NCBI RefSeq assembly: GCF_902652985.1 | Contig: NC_047015.1 | Coordinates: forward strand, 56,296,001-56,360,000 | Source: Pecten maximus | Lineage: Eukaryota | DNA: 64,000 bases | Reading direction: 5' to 3' | Translations under genes and position numbers: made by a program | Shown: positions 25,660-38,069 of the stretch, piece after piece | How positions within the stretch are numbered: the first letter of the stretch is position 1 | Layout of the letters: each line of letters starts with the position of its first letter | Notes under the pieces: model-generated | What the model saw: only the letters and a program-made list of their open reading frames with translations | Databases searched by the model: none | What the model was told of the DNA's origin: nothing

Positions 25660-25934
25660 GCTGATTTATGGATATCCATAATTCATTTATGGATATTTAA
25701 AATTGATTCATGGATATCCATAATTCATTTTTTAATATTCATAAATCTCTTGCTATTATCCATTAATGAATTATGGATATCCATAATTCAAGACGAATTA
25801 TGGATATCCATAATTCAAGACGAATTATGGATATCCATAAATCATTTATGGATATTTAAAAATTAATTATGGATATTTATAATTATTTATGGATATCCAT
25901 AAATAGTGACTTTTTTTCCACTTTGGCTTGCCAT
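25660..25934. mobile_element. ATGGATATCCAT-repeat element ending in CCACTTTGGCTTGCCATA
   Basis: Same subrepeats as 20140-20510. The terminus is the reverse complement of 26447-26466. Confidence 0.65.
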
Positions 25935-26446
25935 AGGGGTGAACCCTGGGTATCAACCCTGGCATCCCTCAATTTTGCTTGGATAATAAAATTCAATTTG
26001 AAACATTAAATCCGTCAGTGGTCTGCATTTAGTTAGTATTAGCCCCTACTCCTACTATTTTTCGGCATAGCCGTACAATATTCCTTTGGCCCCGGATATG
26101 ACGCGGCAGGTGGCGTTACTGGTCAAGATGAAGTATGTGATTGGTCAATGTAGCGATATATATGCAAAATGCAGATATGAGTTAAAGACGAAACAAAGTT
26201 AAGATTGAATTGAATGCAAGCTGAATAAGAGGGTGTATCTTTTCAAATGACGCATTGATAAAATTATATTCCTGATTCAAATGTAGTGTTATTATCACCA
26301 AAAGTGATTCAAACTGACATGCTTTTGTTATCCGTGGTGAAACGCACTCGTTCGTGTTGTTTTTCAACAACAGTTTTACATTATAACCAGCAGCCTTTTA
26401 TCTTTTTTAAAGATATTTCTTGTTTCTATATAAATCTTCTCATTTT

Positions 26447-26700
26447 TATGGCAAGCCAAAGTGGAAAGTCCCTATTCATGGAATTCCATAATTCGATTTA
26501 TAGATATCAGTAATTATTTTCTGATTTCCATAATTCATTTTTGGAAATCAATAAATATTTATTGATATCCATAAATGAATTATGGAATTCCATAATTCGA
26601 TTGATGGATATCAATTAATACCTATTTTTGGAAATCCATAGACACATTTGTTAATATCAATAAATGATTTCATGTAAATCAGAAAATTATCCCTAAAATT
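26447..26700. mobile_element. Related element starting TATGGCAAGCCAAAGTGG
   Basis: Terminal motif plus degenerate 'atggaattccataatt' subrepeats. Confidence 0.6.
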
Positions 26701-27025
26701 GTATGAATCTATCGTGAAATACGCTAGAATGCAGGATTTAGCATTTTCCTGGTAATTTTTTCCCTGGGGGCGTTCCCCCGGACCCCCGTAATTTGGCAAC
26801 CCCGCCCCCCTCCAATAACTGAAAATCGTGAATCCAACACTGCAGACAACTGTGACTAGAGGTAGGTATTATCCATTAATGACTCAGATTATCGATGATC
26901 TGTAAAACAGTACAATACCAGAGGAATTATCAACAAATAACACAAATAACAAACAGGTATACATTTCACCGGAAAACATAACTGTTTATTTTGTTAGTGT
27001 TTACATTAAAAATGCATGTCTATAG

Positions 27026-27267
27026 CACAGGGGCTCGGTTTCGGGTTTTTGAGTAACATATGACATCCGTAAACAACCACAATACTATAAATTAAGTATT
27101 CGTATACATTCTAAAACCTTATAAACAATCGGGGTTATCGTTTTTTATACATCGATAACCCCGATTTTTTATAAGGTTTTAGAATGTATACGAATACTTA
27201 ATTTATAGTGTTGTGGTTGTTTACTGATGTCATATGTTACTCAAAAACCCGAAACCGAGCCCCTGTG
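27026..27267. mobile_element. Palindromic MITE with 8-bp TSD (hAT-like)
   Basis: Almost fully self-complementary (CACAGGGGCTCGGTTT...AAACCGAGCCCCTGTG). TSD GTCTATAG at 27018-25 and 27268-75. Confidence 0.92.
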
Positions 27268-27970
27268 GTCTATAGTACATCACTTCGCTGCTTTGCCGCC
27301 CTTTTCCTGAAGACGCCATCTTTCTGATGGAAACACGTCATCAGTAACCCACTGACGTTCACGGACAGAGACCGTGGGACGATTGGTACAGAAAATCTCT
27401 TTTTGGTTCTAAAAATAGCAACCAATCAAATACCACCATACTTCGGAACTCTTTTGTGTGAAACATTTTTGGGATCCCCGTCATGGGAGTCGCCACCAAT
27501 ATATGTAATATAATGGTCAATGACTTTAACGGACAAACATACATATTTATTATCAATAATAACGTTGATGTTTGGTTTTTGAAAGTCTTTGCAATTATGT
27601 ATTTGAAACTGTTCTTTCACTACCAAAAGTTAATCCATTGTGGCCACTGTTACTGTGTCGAACACAAAATCCCCCAAAAAGCGGTCTTCTGATTGGTCTA
27701 ATTTCCCGAAGAAATATTTTTCGGAAACGGCGAAAAGTGTACCAATCGTCCCAAGGTGTCTTTCTGTGAGCGTCAGAACAGTGGGATACCGACGATGACA
27801 GAAACCATCGCACACCGAAATTGGCTTCATTATCAGCGAATCACCGAGTGTGCAATTTCAGTGTTTGGCAAATTATTAATGCAGACAAATCGATATTCGT
27901 TACACGTGCATGGCTTTCACATAGAGTTTTGACTTTAGCGCAGATTTTCCAAGATTAACACACAATATTA

Positions 27971-29020
27971 TCAAACGTGTTTTATATCTCGGTGTTTGAT
28001 CTCGTTGGCTGGGGGTGGAGTAAGTGCCCGACTAGATTTGCTTTCTTCGAACTTGACCTTGAAGCTGGCACCGACGATGATCATACCATTGGTTATAAAA
28101 GTGAGGAACAAAAGTCCGTATGACATCCATATTGTCCCAAGATACTCAACTGTGTAATTTGTCAACTTTTTGTTGGCCGGATTCGTGTTCTTTATTTCTT
28201 CAAGCGTCGCGTTGATAAAACTGTTGGCAGTTGCAACAAGAAGCATATGGTGTAACTGATGTGAATTACCGACAATGTCAAACGTTCTTGGGAAGCAGCG
28301 TTCAGGGAAGTGGGCGATATATACTAATGCGTTGAGAAAGGCAAACAGAACATGCCATTTATGGAAATGTAACGTTTCGTCATTATCCAGATACGATGTC
28401 CAAATACAGCGATGAAGTAGAGGCACAAGAAGCCATAAGTAGAACAAACTTACAGTCGCTAGTTGAACGATTTTCGTTGCTTTATGTTCCATTCCAAGGT
28501 GGAACTTGGTCCAACAAAACGCTACGGTTAGTTGTATAGATAAATAAACTGAAACTGGACTTGACCATTTTGTGAGAAATGTCGCCAACTGTTTATCCCT
28601 AACCAGAAAGCTGTGACTAATATGGGTGGTACCCATTGCATATATTCCAACACAGCTATAATCCACGAAGAAGCAGGCGTAGTGCACACAATAGGATCGG
28701 TCGCAAAACAAATGCGCGCAAGAACTGCCAATCAGAAGTATGAATATGCTAATTAATCCTGCACCTAAAGATCGAGATTCGGGATCATAAATAAAATCAA
28801 ATGTTAGAGACATCACACGTGCCTTTTCGGCTATAAATAGAAAGCCAATGAGATGAGTCCAAATGTTCAGAGTTTGATTGTTGGCCTGAAAGACACTTAA
28901 AACATAATATGACCATGGTTGATACGATCGGCGGTAACCCGTATGTATGTGTTTGTTACACACAGCGGTCAGACCGTGGTCACTCGAGGTCACGGTGGGC
29001 GGGAAGTTGAAAATCGCCAT
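27971..29020 (-). CDS. PAQR family / membrane progestin receptor-like protein, copy 1 (349 aa, single coding exon)
   Basis: Motifs TGYR, NxWTH, SSCAH, DYS, PERCFP..FD..G.SHQLHH and ~7 hydrophobic segments. An acceptor (ttgcag, ending 29028) lies just before the ATG at 29020. Candidate 5'UTR exon donors CAG|GTAAGT at 31715 and 31807. Confidence 0.92.
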   Translation of the reverse strand: MAIFNFPPTVTSSDHGLTAVCNKHIHTGYRRSYQPWSYYVLSVFQANNQTLNIWTHLIGFLFIAEKARVMSLTFDFIYDPESRSLGAGLISIFILLIGSSCAHLFCDRSYCVHYACFFVDYSCVGIYAMGTTHISHSFLVRDKQLATFLTKWSSPVSVYLSIQLTVAFCWTKFHLGMEHKATKIVQLATVSLFYLWLLVPLLHRCIWTSYLDNDETLHFHKWHVLFAFLNALVYIAHFPERCFPRTFDIVGNSHQLHHMLLVATANSFINATLEEIKNTNPANKKLTNYTVEYLGTIWMSYGLLFLTFITNGMIIVGASFKVKFEESKSSRALTPPPANEIKHRDIKHV

Positions 29021-29076
29021 AGGGAACCTGCAATGAATTAAACGAATGCTCAATGAATTTCATGACTTGTAATCTG

Positions 29077-29224
29077 NNNNNNNNNNNNNNNNNNNNNNNN
29101 NNNNNNNNNNNNNNNNNNNNNNNNNNNNNNNNNNNNNNNNNNNNNNNNNNNNNNNNNNNNNNNNNNNNNNNNNNNNNNNNNNNNNNNNNNNNNNNNNNNN
29201 NNNNNNNNNNNNNNNNNNNNNNNN
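29077..29224. other. Assembly gap (148 N)
   Basis: Run of N. Confidence 1.
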
Positions 29225-29254
29225 GTATATATGATAGATAAACAAATTATTTGG

Positions 29255-29395
29255 ATGGTCAGATGGCACAATGGCAAAACACTTGCCTTTCACCTAGGCG
29301 ACCGGGACGTTTCCCCCCGGGTACACCGGTTTCCTCCCAAATTACCAACACGAGCGATTAATATAAGTTGTTTGGCAATTATTGTAAAATAAGTT
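29255..29395 (+). mobile_element. Degenerate family B SINE
   Basis: Homologous to 39785-40020: tRNA-like head, 'ccgggtacaccggtttcctccc' and 'atataagttg' tail. Confidence 0.7.
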
Positions 29396-30443
29396 GAGTT
29401 CACATTACATTATATTACATCATATTACATAAATCTACATCGGAGTTCGTGACCTTTGACCTGCTCTCTTGGACAAATAGTGACATATTCGTGCGATGGT
29501 GTTTTCGGTGTTTAGAAACGGTAATGTCTATTATTGAATAGATAGGGTAGGTTTCGTGCTTTCAAGGTTTTATTGATAGCACTGTGAAACACTAACGTGT
29601 GTAACAAGGGGTCACACGTATATAATTACAATGATACATGGCGTACAGTTATAAAATTTTACATTATTCTATACAATAAAGAATGTACACAGGCGTTTGT
29701 GAAATTTTGCTTGTACTTTTGGAAAATGTATAATATATATGAGGATGTAGCGTTGATAATGTTAACTTGCGTCTAAACACCTTTTCAATCTTGTTTTTCT
29801 AAAATTAATATTTAAATTTAAAAAATACGGCTTGCGTCCAAGCACCTTTTCATTCTTGTTTTCTAAAATTAATATTTAAATTTAAAAAATACGACTTGCG
29901 TCCAAGCACCTTTTCATTCTTGTTTTCTAAACTTTATATTTAAATTAAAAAAAAAATACAATGGTAACGCATTGCTTCTTGAATCGGTATGGTGTGAATC
30001 AGTATGGTGTGATTTTCTGGGTTACACGCGCCTGTGTAAAGTTAAAAGGAATAGTTCTTATCTTGTGTATTTTTACCTCAAATACCTCATTCAATAAGGA
30101 AACAACAAAGAAATCAACACTTAATCTCCTTGTTAATCGGAATAAGGAAGTGTACAATTGATACAAATTTAAACAGTCAAACGAGTAGTAAAAACTGCCT
30201 ATATCGCTGTCTTTTAACGGCACAATTGTCGTATTATTCTGATTGTGTCCATTGTTTATATTTTGGATAATCTGAGTGAATATATCATGACGAATCATGA
30301 CGTCACAGAGGCTGTTCTGTTTCTACATACGTGGGAAATAGTTTTAAATCTATAATGGTTTATGATAACTAGTTTTACATAAATATAAACCATTTGTATC
30401 AATGAATCAAGATGGTGAGATTGATCAGACAAATAAGGGAGAT

Positions 30444-30479
<36 letters not shown>

Positions 30480-32824
30480 AGTGGAAATAACCAGGTGTCA
30501 TTAAGTTCAAAAATAATATTTTTTACTTACGTTTTTATGCTTGAATATTGGGAACAGTTTAAATGTCATTTCTTGTAATCATTAAAGATAGAAAATACTT
30601 CAAATTTTGCCTTGTCGTTGTGCATTTTTTTAAGGGCCTACTTAAGGGCCTAGCAATGAAACCTACAATATATATAATGTCCTTGTATAGGTACAACCAG
30701 AGACATATACACACATACATGTACATGTATATTTGTCTCTGGTACAACACCTATACAATATCATCTTGTAATAATATAATGAGACGAAAATACATTATTT
30801 AAATTTACGTGGATTGTCATCAAATGTAAGCAATATGCGGATTTGTAGTCAGAATATTCAAAAAAATAAAAGAAAGAAAAAAAAACACAAAACCCTAAAG
30901 CTATATTAAGTGGTAAAAATTAGGACATGTACACGAATATTTACGTTGATGCATTCGAGAACTCGCTTTACCACCTAACTGGCACGTCCTACCCTGTAGC
31001 GTAGCTATGTCGTAAATATCGTAAGACACGCATATATGTAATAACACCTATATAATTAATGACGTCACAATAACCAGATGACGTCACACGATTGTCTCTG
31101 TAGAGAAAAACATAACCGCCCGTGTCGAAATTCGACCTTTCTTAATATAGAAATTGATTTCGGGGTTTCACTTGAATTCTTGTTAATATGAGATGTATGA
31201 TGAAGCTAATCTTAAAGACTTGTGACATATGAATATCTAGTATGCCTGCTCTATATCGTCACTAAACTGGAACATTGAGCATTTAACCTTACGACAGCTG
31301 TGGAACATTGTATATCTACAGTAGTAATAATTTCTTGCCAGTGTAAGATCTAGGACGCAACGTGTTGTTAACACATTAAACACAGGAGCCTGATAATATG
31401 TCACAGTCTTGGTGTGTATTTGGACCTAGGAGGATAGGGTGGGGCGGGGGTGGGGATGGGGGTGGGGGGTGGGGGGATTGGGTATATTAACACTGGATGA
31501 AAATGACTCGTCGATACATATAGATAGCCTATCCGTCTGATATAGTGTCTTCAATGTCGAAAATTGTTTTCTGCTCGGCAGAATAAGTCCAAATACACAT
31601 AGACTAGCTATATAACCAATTCTCGGGTCCCTGTGTTAACTTATACACGTATACAGAAATCTTTCTTACATACCCTTTAAACATACACGAATTTCTCAAC
31701 CATAGAATACTTACCTGTATTGTCACGACCTTTTCCAGTCGTGAATGTTGCCCGATAAATAACAACAACAGCTATAAATAACTCCTCTCTGACTTCATCA
31801 ACTTACCTGTATTATACCGAGCTGTGTACCGTAGAGTCAGGCCGGAAAGACCTCAGACCTGTCGTGTTGAACAGAAAGAGGAATAATTCAAGTCGGAAGA
31901 TTGCATTTTTTTCCAGGTATGCCCTCATGTAGTGAAGATCTGTCGAGTACACAGCTATAGGTACACGTTTACTGGTGTTCACCTTGCGATACTTCGGCGA
32001 TCATGCATCTGCTCCCGATATGAAAATCGACTCGCCAGCGTCATCAGTGTATATGCTTACTGAATTAAGCACAGCAGATCGTTCCGTTTTTGACGGTATT
32101 AAATTGTTATCCAAAGATCATACGTCAGGCTTTTTTTGAACGACATGTCAACCAAGTGCATTCTGCGTGTATATATATACAATATATGTGTGTGCTTGTA
32201 CTTGTATGTATACATGTGTATATAGATAGTTCATTCATATTGATATCGGATGTGCAAAGCCGGAAATATCCCATCCGTCACTTCGACTCTAGATCAGGCG
32301 AGTTATAACTTGCCAAGGGGGACACACTTCAACGCGCATGAGCATATGTGTACCCAATTGCCCGACCGAGGCGTTACTCAAAGATACGTCCTCATTAAAC
32401 CTTACGTACTTACTCTCCTCCATTTCCAAAAGAGCTACGTCTATTAACCCCTCCTTAGAATCGATTGTAAGAATAACTACGGCAGACAATCCAGGCTACT
32501 TTTTCAAATTAACCTTTGACCTTTTATGACCTATAGATCGACCTTTCTTGTTTGAAGATATGAATTGTAAAAAAAAAAAAAAAAAATCAAATTTATTCCA
32601 TCTTTTCCCAAAAGAAACAAGTCGAAAACGGTATCAAAATCGGACAGAGATATTGATCCCTAAAGTGCGCGAATCCACAGGGACTTGATAATTAGTTACA
32701 GTCTACATTTATTTGGACCTCCCCTAGTGTGTATAGCACGCATGAACACCCCCGGGGAGTCATTTTTACCGAATTTTAATCAAGCGGCCAGTCTGTGGTC
32801 CGCCCGATGGAAAACACTATATAA

Positions 32825-33197
32825 TGAACCTTAAATAAGCGGTCACCTGTCTAACCCGGTCAAAGGTCACGAAATCTGTCCCGAGTCGTTGTATCGTCCT
32901 GTATTAAGCGGCCATTTTGTCCGGAAGTAGACATCCGCGATGATCACATGACCAGGTATTTATATCGATCGTCACGTGGTTTCTTTTTTGTTTACGATAA
33001 TCTCCGCATAGAACCCTTCACACTGACCAAGCTTTGAAAACAGGATTGATAATTATGATATGACAAATTCAACAAACTGTTGAAAAAAGAATTGGGCAAC
33101 AGGCCGTTTCTGGCCAACCTGGTTTAAGCAGCCACCTGTCTTAAGCAGCCAATATCTGTCGGTCCCTTGGGTGGCCGCTTATTACAGGTTTGACTGT
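32825..33197. mobile_element. Tc1/mariner-type MITE remnant
   Basis: 'aagcggcca' subterminal repeats, ending in 'caggtttgactg|ta'. Confidence 0.6.
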
Positions 33198-34173
33198 ATA
33201 GCGTAAGGTAGCACACTTCAGTAGGACAGCCTGGCCATGGGTGATTTTTTTGTCAAGCAAATAACTTTTATGATATATAAAAAAAAATGAAAAAATAAAT
33301 GTACACTTTAATTGGTATATTCAGCTTGAAATAGTACATACAGGCTTCGCATTTGTTAAAACAAAAATTAATAAATTGGTTTCGGATTTTAAATTTCAGG
33401 ATTTTCCGAAAGTGTGTTTACACAGGAAATTGAGTTTTTCCTACAGCGAAAAATGGCCCACAGAAAAGGTAAGATAGCAGGAAAACTTAATTTACAACAT
33501 ATGTCAAAACAAGATTAATTCTGTCTTTGGGATAGAGATATTTAATTTCAAATAGGTTTCAGAAAAAAAATGTGTACAGAATTGTGTCATTTTGGTCAAA
33601 TATAATAATATTTTGCAATTTTTGAGCAATTTTTAAGCTGTTACCATGGTATTCACAGCTCTAAAAATCACAGAAAAAATAAGTTTACATATCCTTCAGA
33701 GCTGTATTAAAATTGCAAATGTTGTAAAGATTACAAATATATATATACTTTATTAGATGTAATATGTAGGGTTAACTGGCAATGTTCAAATATCTAAAAC
33801 ATGTGCCATATTTTTTCAGAATTGGGCATTTTTACTGTACACTTCTACCTAAGTATGTATTGAAGAAATTTGTCTAATATCTCCCAGCGGTAAACATCCA
33901 AGCAGGAATACCTAAATACACGTCATGTTTATCTCAATGTTTCTTTCGGATATAAAGTGACCTGCTATAATTTATTCATGTACACAACTCCAAATATCAA
34001 TATTCGTACCTCACATGTAATACCCATGTGATTGCATAGGTATATTATATAAACTACGAGGAAGTAGGTCATATAGGTAGATATTGGAAAGGTCATGACC
34101 TTACTAGCAGGCTATTGACCTAATACATGTAGTTTCCATTACTTTGGGAAGGCTAAGCAATTCTTAACCACTT

Positions 34174-34393
34174 CGCGGTGGCCGAGTGGTTAAGGTGTCC
34201 CGACACTTTATCACTAGCCCTCCACCTCTGGGTTGCGAGTTCGAAACCCACGTGGGGCAGTTGCCAGGTACTGACCGTAGGCCGGTGGCTTTTCTCCGGG
34301 TTCTCCGGCTTTCCTCCACCTCCAAAACCTGGCACGTCCTTAAATGATCCTGGCTGTTAATAGGACGTTAAACAAAATAAACCAAACCAAACC
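34174..34393 (+). mobile_element. Near full-length family A SINE
   Basis: Close match to 18821-19153, including A/B boxes and the AAACC tail. Confidence 0.9.
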
Positions 34394-34858
34394 AATAAAT
34401 AACACAGCTTTATTGTATTCTATACAAAAGAGTCTGCTTCTGGTTAGTATTTATAGAAAAGATATTAGCCCCTAGAATCTACTCTTACTATATCAACATG
34501 CCTACTTCCGTTCCATAGTCGATACAACGTCTGATCTTCAAGTGTTACACCTTGTTAGGGGCTAATATTGTTTTGTATTAATTACTATTGATTAATCCCA
34601 AAGCAGATGTCTGTAATTCTGTCAGTCAAAGAAAAGAGCGATAGCAATAGTGTAACATAGTATTAATACTTTAGCAAATTTGTAAGTTATCAGGAATGTC
34701 TTTATGTTGATGAAACCAGGCCTGGTGTTACAGAAAACATGTCATCATCATATTTGATATAAATATACATATAATCCCGCGAAATACATATTCAGTCCAA
34801 AATATCAGCTGATTTACATACATTATGATTCCTTTCCTTGACTTTAAATGTTTGCCAT

Positions 34859-36025
34859 TCATTGTGATTTATCAATAACGTATTCCTCTTCCGATGAAGG
34901 GTACGCATAGGGGTTGTTAGAGGATGGTTGAAATGTAGTTTCATCAGACACCAAGTTTTCGACCCAAATCCCTTCGTCAGACAGATGCTTCTTATCACAG
35001 AGATCTGTCCGTGAGGATTTAACACTGCTCGCTTCTTCTCTCGTTCCTGAATTTTGTGAATCTTTCATGATTGCATAAAGGATTGAAACTGCAATAACGA
35101 AACAATCGATATATATCATAAACATTACTACTCCGTACGAATTTTCAACTGTTCCAAGGCTTCTGCCCATAAACTTTACAATGGAAGACGAAGATTTTAA
35201 TTCTTCAAGCGTCACGTTGAGGAAACTATTAACGGTAAGTACTAGAGTGACGTGATGCAGCTGGTGGGAATGCCCGATAATGTCAAACGTTTTCGGGAAC
35301 CAGCGTTCTGGCAAATGTGCAATATACACCAACATATTGAGATGAAATAACATCACATGATGTATATGTAGTCCTAAGTTGTTGTCATGGTTACTGTGTG
35401 ACTGCCGGAAGTGACGATGTATCAACGGCAACACGAACCACAAGTAACTCGCATATGCAGCAAAGCCTTGTAATATCTTGCTTGGTTTATTGGCTCTTCC
35501 GAAGCGGATTTTTAAAAAAGAAAGTAATACTGAAAACTGCATTGCCAAATAAATACATCCGGGTCTCGACCATTTGGCTAGAAAATAGGCCAGGGTTTTT
35601 TCTTTGATAAAATAAGAATGGCTGATCAGGGTACAACCCAAGGAGTGTAGTGCTATGGCGTCGTAGTCCATACAGAAGCATGCGTAATGAGCCACTTCCG
35701 ATTTATCGCCGAAAATGTGAGCGAATGAGCTAACAGCAAGGAGCGTCAATATGCATAGCAGCCCTGCTCCTAAAGGTCGAAACGTTGGGTCGTGTAGCAT
35801 GTCAAAGGTCAATGAGATGTCATATGCCCTGTATGCTATAAATAGAAAACCAATGACATGCGTCCACACATTGAGTGTCTGGTTGTTGGCGTGGAAGACG
35901 CTGATGACGTAATAGGACCATGGTTGATGTGGGCGGCGGTATCCGGTTAGTATGTGTTTCTTACAAATTTCAGATGGCATCCGCTCAGCTAAGGTCAAGG
36001 TCGGTGGAGAATCGGGGAATTTCAT
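34859..36025 (-). CDS. PAQR / membrane progestin receptor-like protein, copy 2 (start MKFPDS; an alternative upstream ATG lies at 36079)
   Basis: Motifs TGYR, NVWTH, SSFAH, DY, PERWFP..FD..GHSHQLHH. Acceptor ttttcag precedes the ATG, as in copy 3. Candidate upstream donor AAG|GTAAAT near 36720. Confidence 0.92.
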   Translation of the reverse strand: MKFPDSPPTLTLAERMPSEICKKHILTGYRRPHQPWSYYVISVFHANNQTLNVWTHVIGFLFIAYRAYDISLTFDMLHDPTFRPLGAGLLCILTLLAVSSFAHIFGDKSEVAHYACFCMDYDAIALHSLGCTLISHSYFIKEKTLAYFLAKWSRPGCIYLAMQFSVLLSFLKIRFGRANKPSKILQGFAAYASYLWFVLPLIHRHFRQSHSNHDNNLGLHIHHVMLFHLNMLVYIAHLPERWFPKTFDIIGHSHQLHHVTLVLTVNSFLNVTLEELKSSSSIVKFMGRSLGTVENSYGVVMFMIYIDCFVIAVSILYAIMKDSQNSGTREEASSVKSSRTDLCDKKHLSDEGIWVENLVSDETTFQPSSNNPYAYPSSEEEYVIDKSQ

Positions 36026-36117
36026 TTTTTCAGTTCCTGAAAATTTAATAAATCGAAGAAGGTCCAACTTAGAATGCATTATTTAGACACATCTGTAATA
36101 GTAAGGAGTAATAAAAA

Positions 36118-36230
36118 TACTCTGCCCGCGCTCGGGACTCGAACTAATGACCTGGAGCTCTCAAGGCAAACAGTCTACCACTAGGCTTAAGGGAAATTCC
36201 CGCAAGTCTGAGCTAGTAAGGTGACTTGAT
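36118..36230 (-). mobile_element. tRNA-related SINE-like fragment
   Basis: The minus strand reads 'tagctcag...tggtagac...gttcgagtccc', with an insertion in the D-arm and no closing acceptor stem. Confidence 0.55.
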
Positions 36231-37064
36231 ACATTTTCATCAAATTGATTGGGCATCAAATCAAAAAAAAACTAAACAAACAAACAAAAAAAAAAAACAA
36301 AAAACTAAAACAGAAAAAGAAAGAAAGAAAACAAAAAGATAATCTTAGATTGTACAGGGAACCCGCGTTTACTCGACTCCTACGTATACTATTCCATGCA
36401 TTTGTAAAAGACGTGTCTTATTACTAAAATCCCAAATGCCCTTTAAACCGGAGACAACGAGACACAACCCCGATCCAGAAGGGGACGGGGGCAAAAATAA
36501 TTACCTATTACGTCATACAAGTGGGCTACAGCAGTTTTTGTTTTTTTCTGAGAGAATATTGCAAACCTCTACCAGCCAATAAAAATCACCGTAACAAATA
36601 GCGACGGCATTTGTATGTTTGCCACCAGATGCTATACAAAACGTTATGTAACATTTTTTTTCTCAAATAATTCATATGCATATGCATTTATATAACATTA
36701 GTAAGTAACATATAATTTACCTTCAAGAAATGTGGACAGCAAACGGATGTACTAGATATTCCACGTGTGATTTTGCGATTTGTCAAACAGAAATGTAGTC
36801 AGTCTGTGAGTGTGGTGAAATGTACGACCCGTGTCATCTATCAACTGTCGTTATCTAAAGCCAAGGGGAAGAAAAAGGGAGCGTGAACATCTGAATAAAT
36901 TGATGCTATAGGCTGAATTTGGTTTAGTTTATTTCTATGTATTGAGCCAGTTCGATACATGTACTTATTTCATTTAATTCAAAATACATGTTTAAACATA
37001 AATATAAAATTTGAAAGTTAAATTCAATAACAAAGCATAAATACTATTATGTCGAGCATCCTTG

Positions 37065-37600
37065 TTAATCCGGGGGTTACGATCAATTTCGCTACGAGTA
37101 CCCCGGGGGCTACAATCACGTACACTCGCTCCCTGTGCCCCGGGGTAACAATCACGTACATTCGCTCCCTGTACCGCGGGGGTTCCAATTACGTACTCTC
37201 GCTCTCTGTGCCCCGGGGGTTGCAATCACGTACACTCGCTCTCTGTGCCCCGGGGTCACAATCACGCACGTTTGCTCCCTGTACCTCTGGTGTTAAAATC
37301 ACGTACATTGTACGTTCGCTTCCTGTACCCTGGGGTTTTGATTACTTTCGTTCTCGATTTCTCTAATCCGGGGGCAAGGATCACTTTTACTCTCTCTAAC
37401 GCGGGTTTAGGATCACTTTCTCTCTCTGTACCAGTGTACCCTGGGTTGGGATCGCTTTCTCTAATCCGGAGGTAAGGATCACTTTCGTTTTATGTACCCC
37501 GGGGCTAGGATCACATTCGCTCTCTGTACCCCGGTGATGATCGTTCTCTCTAATCCGGAGATCGAGATTCGTCCCCTGTACTCCAGGGTTCACGACCATC
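37065..37600 (+). repeat. GC-rich degenerate minisatellite (~38-bp units grading to ~30-bp units)
   Basis: 'ccccggggNNacaatcacgtacactcgctccctgt' repeats, followed by 'ggatcactttctctct' repeats. Confidence 0.85.
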
Positions 37601-38069
37601 TTACTCTCCGTTCAGAGAGCAAAAGTTATCGCTTCCCCTGGAGAATCGAGGATGGACATACAAAACAAACAAGTTCGACCATCATTCACAAGATGTAAAA
37701 TATGTCTGAAAGGCACACGTCACATAAAAATTAATTCGTCTCGCGTTACTTTCTTTTTTACGGGTTCATAAAACTTATTCATCGGGATAAAAGTATGGAA
37801 TAGTTATATTGGATATAAAACCCAGAATAACCAGAACCAGAAAAAAGTACAGTGTTTAGCACAAATCATTGTGACGTCACACTTAAAGTGACGTCATACA
37901 TAAAGGTAATACTGAATTATTGTCTCTAAATCTGGCAATATCGTTGAAATCTCATATCACCTTCCTATAACTGGTGATGATACCAGCAAGAAGAAAATGT
38001 ACACATTTATAAATGTACACAAATAAATTGTAATATGCACCGGTAGAGTTTGGCTTAATTGTCTTCCAG

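Noticed and set aside
27300-27365. Hammerhead-like words (CTGAAGA...GAAACACGTC on +, CTGATGA...GAAA on -)
   Set aside because: No stem I pairing on +, and no stem II on -.
29021-29293. N-terminal extension of PAQR1 and ORFs across the N gap
   Set aside because: The extension runs through a splice acceptor from a non-ATG start, and the gap ORFs are artefacts of Ns.
34174-34260. Functional tRNA genes at SINE heads (also 18821, 36118, 39950)
   Set aside because: A/B boxes are present, but they continue into SINE bodies and tails, and there is no complete cloverleaf.
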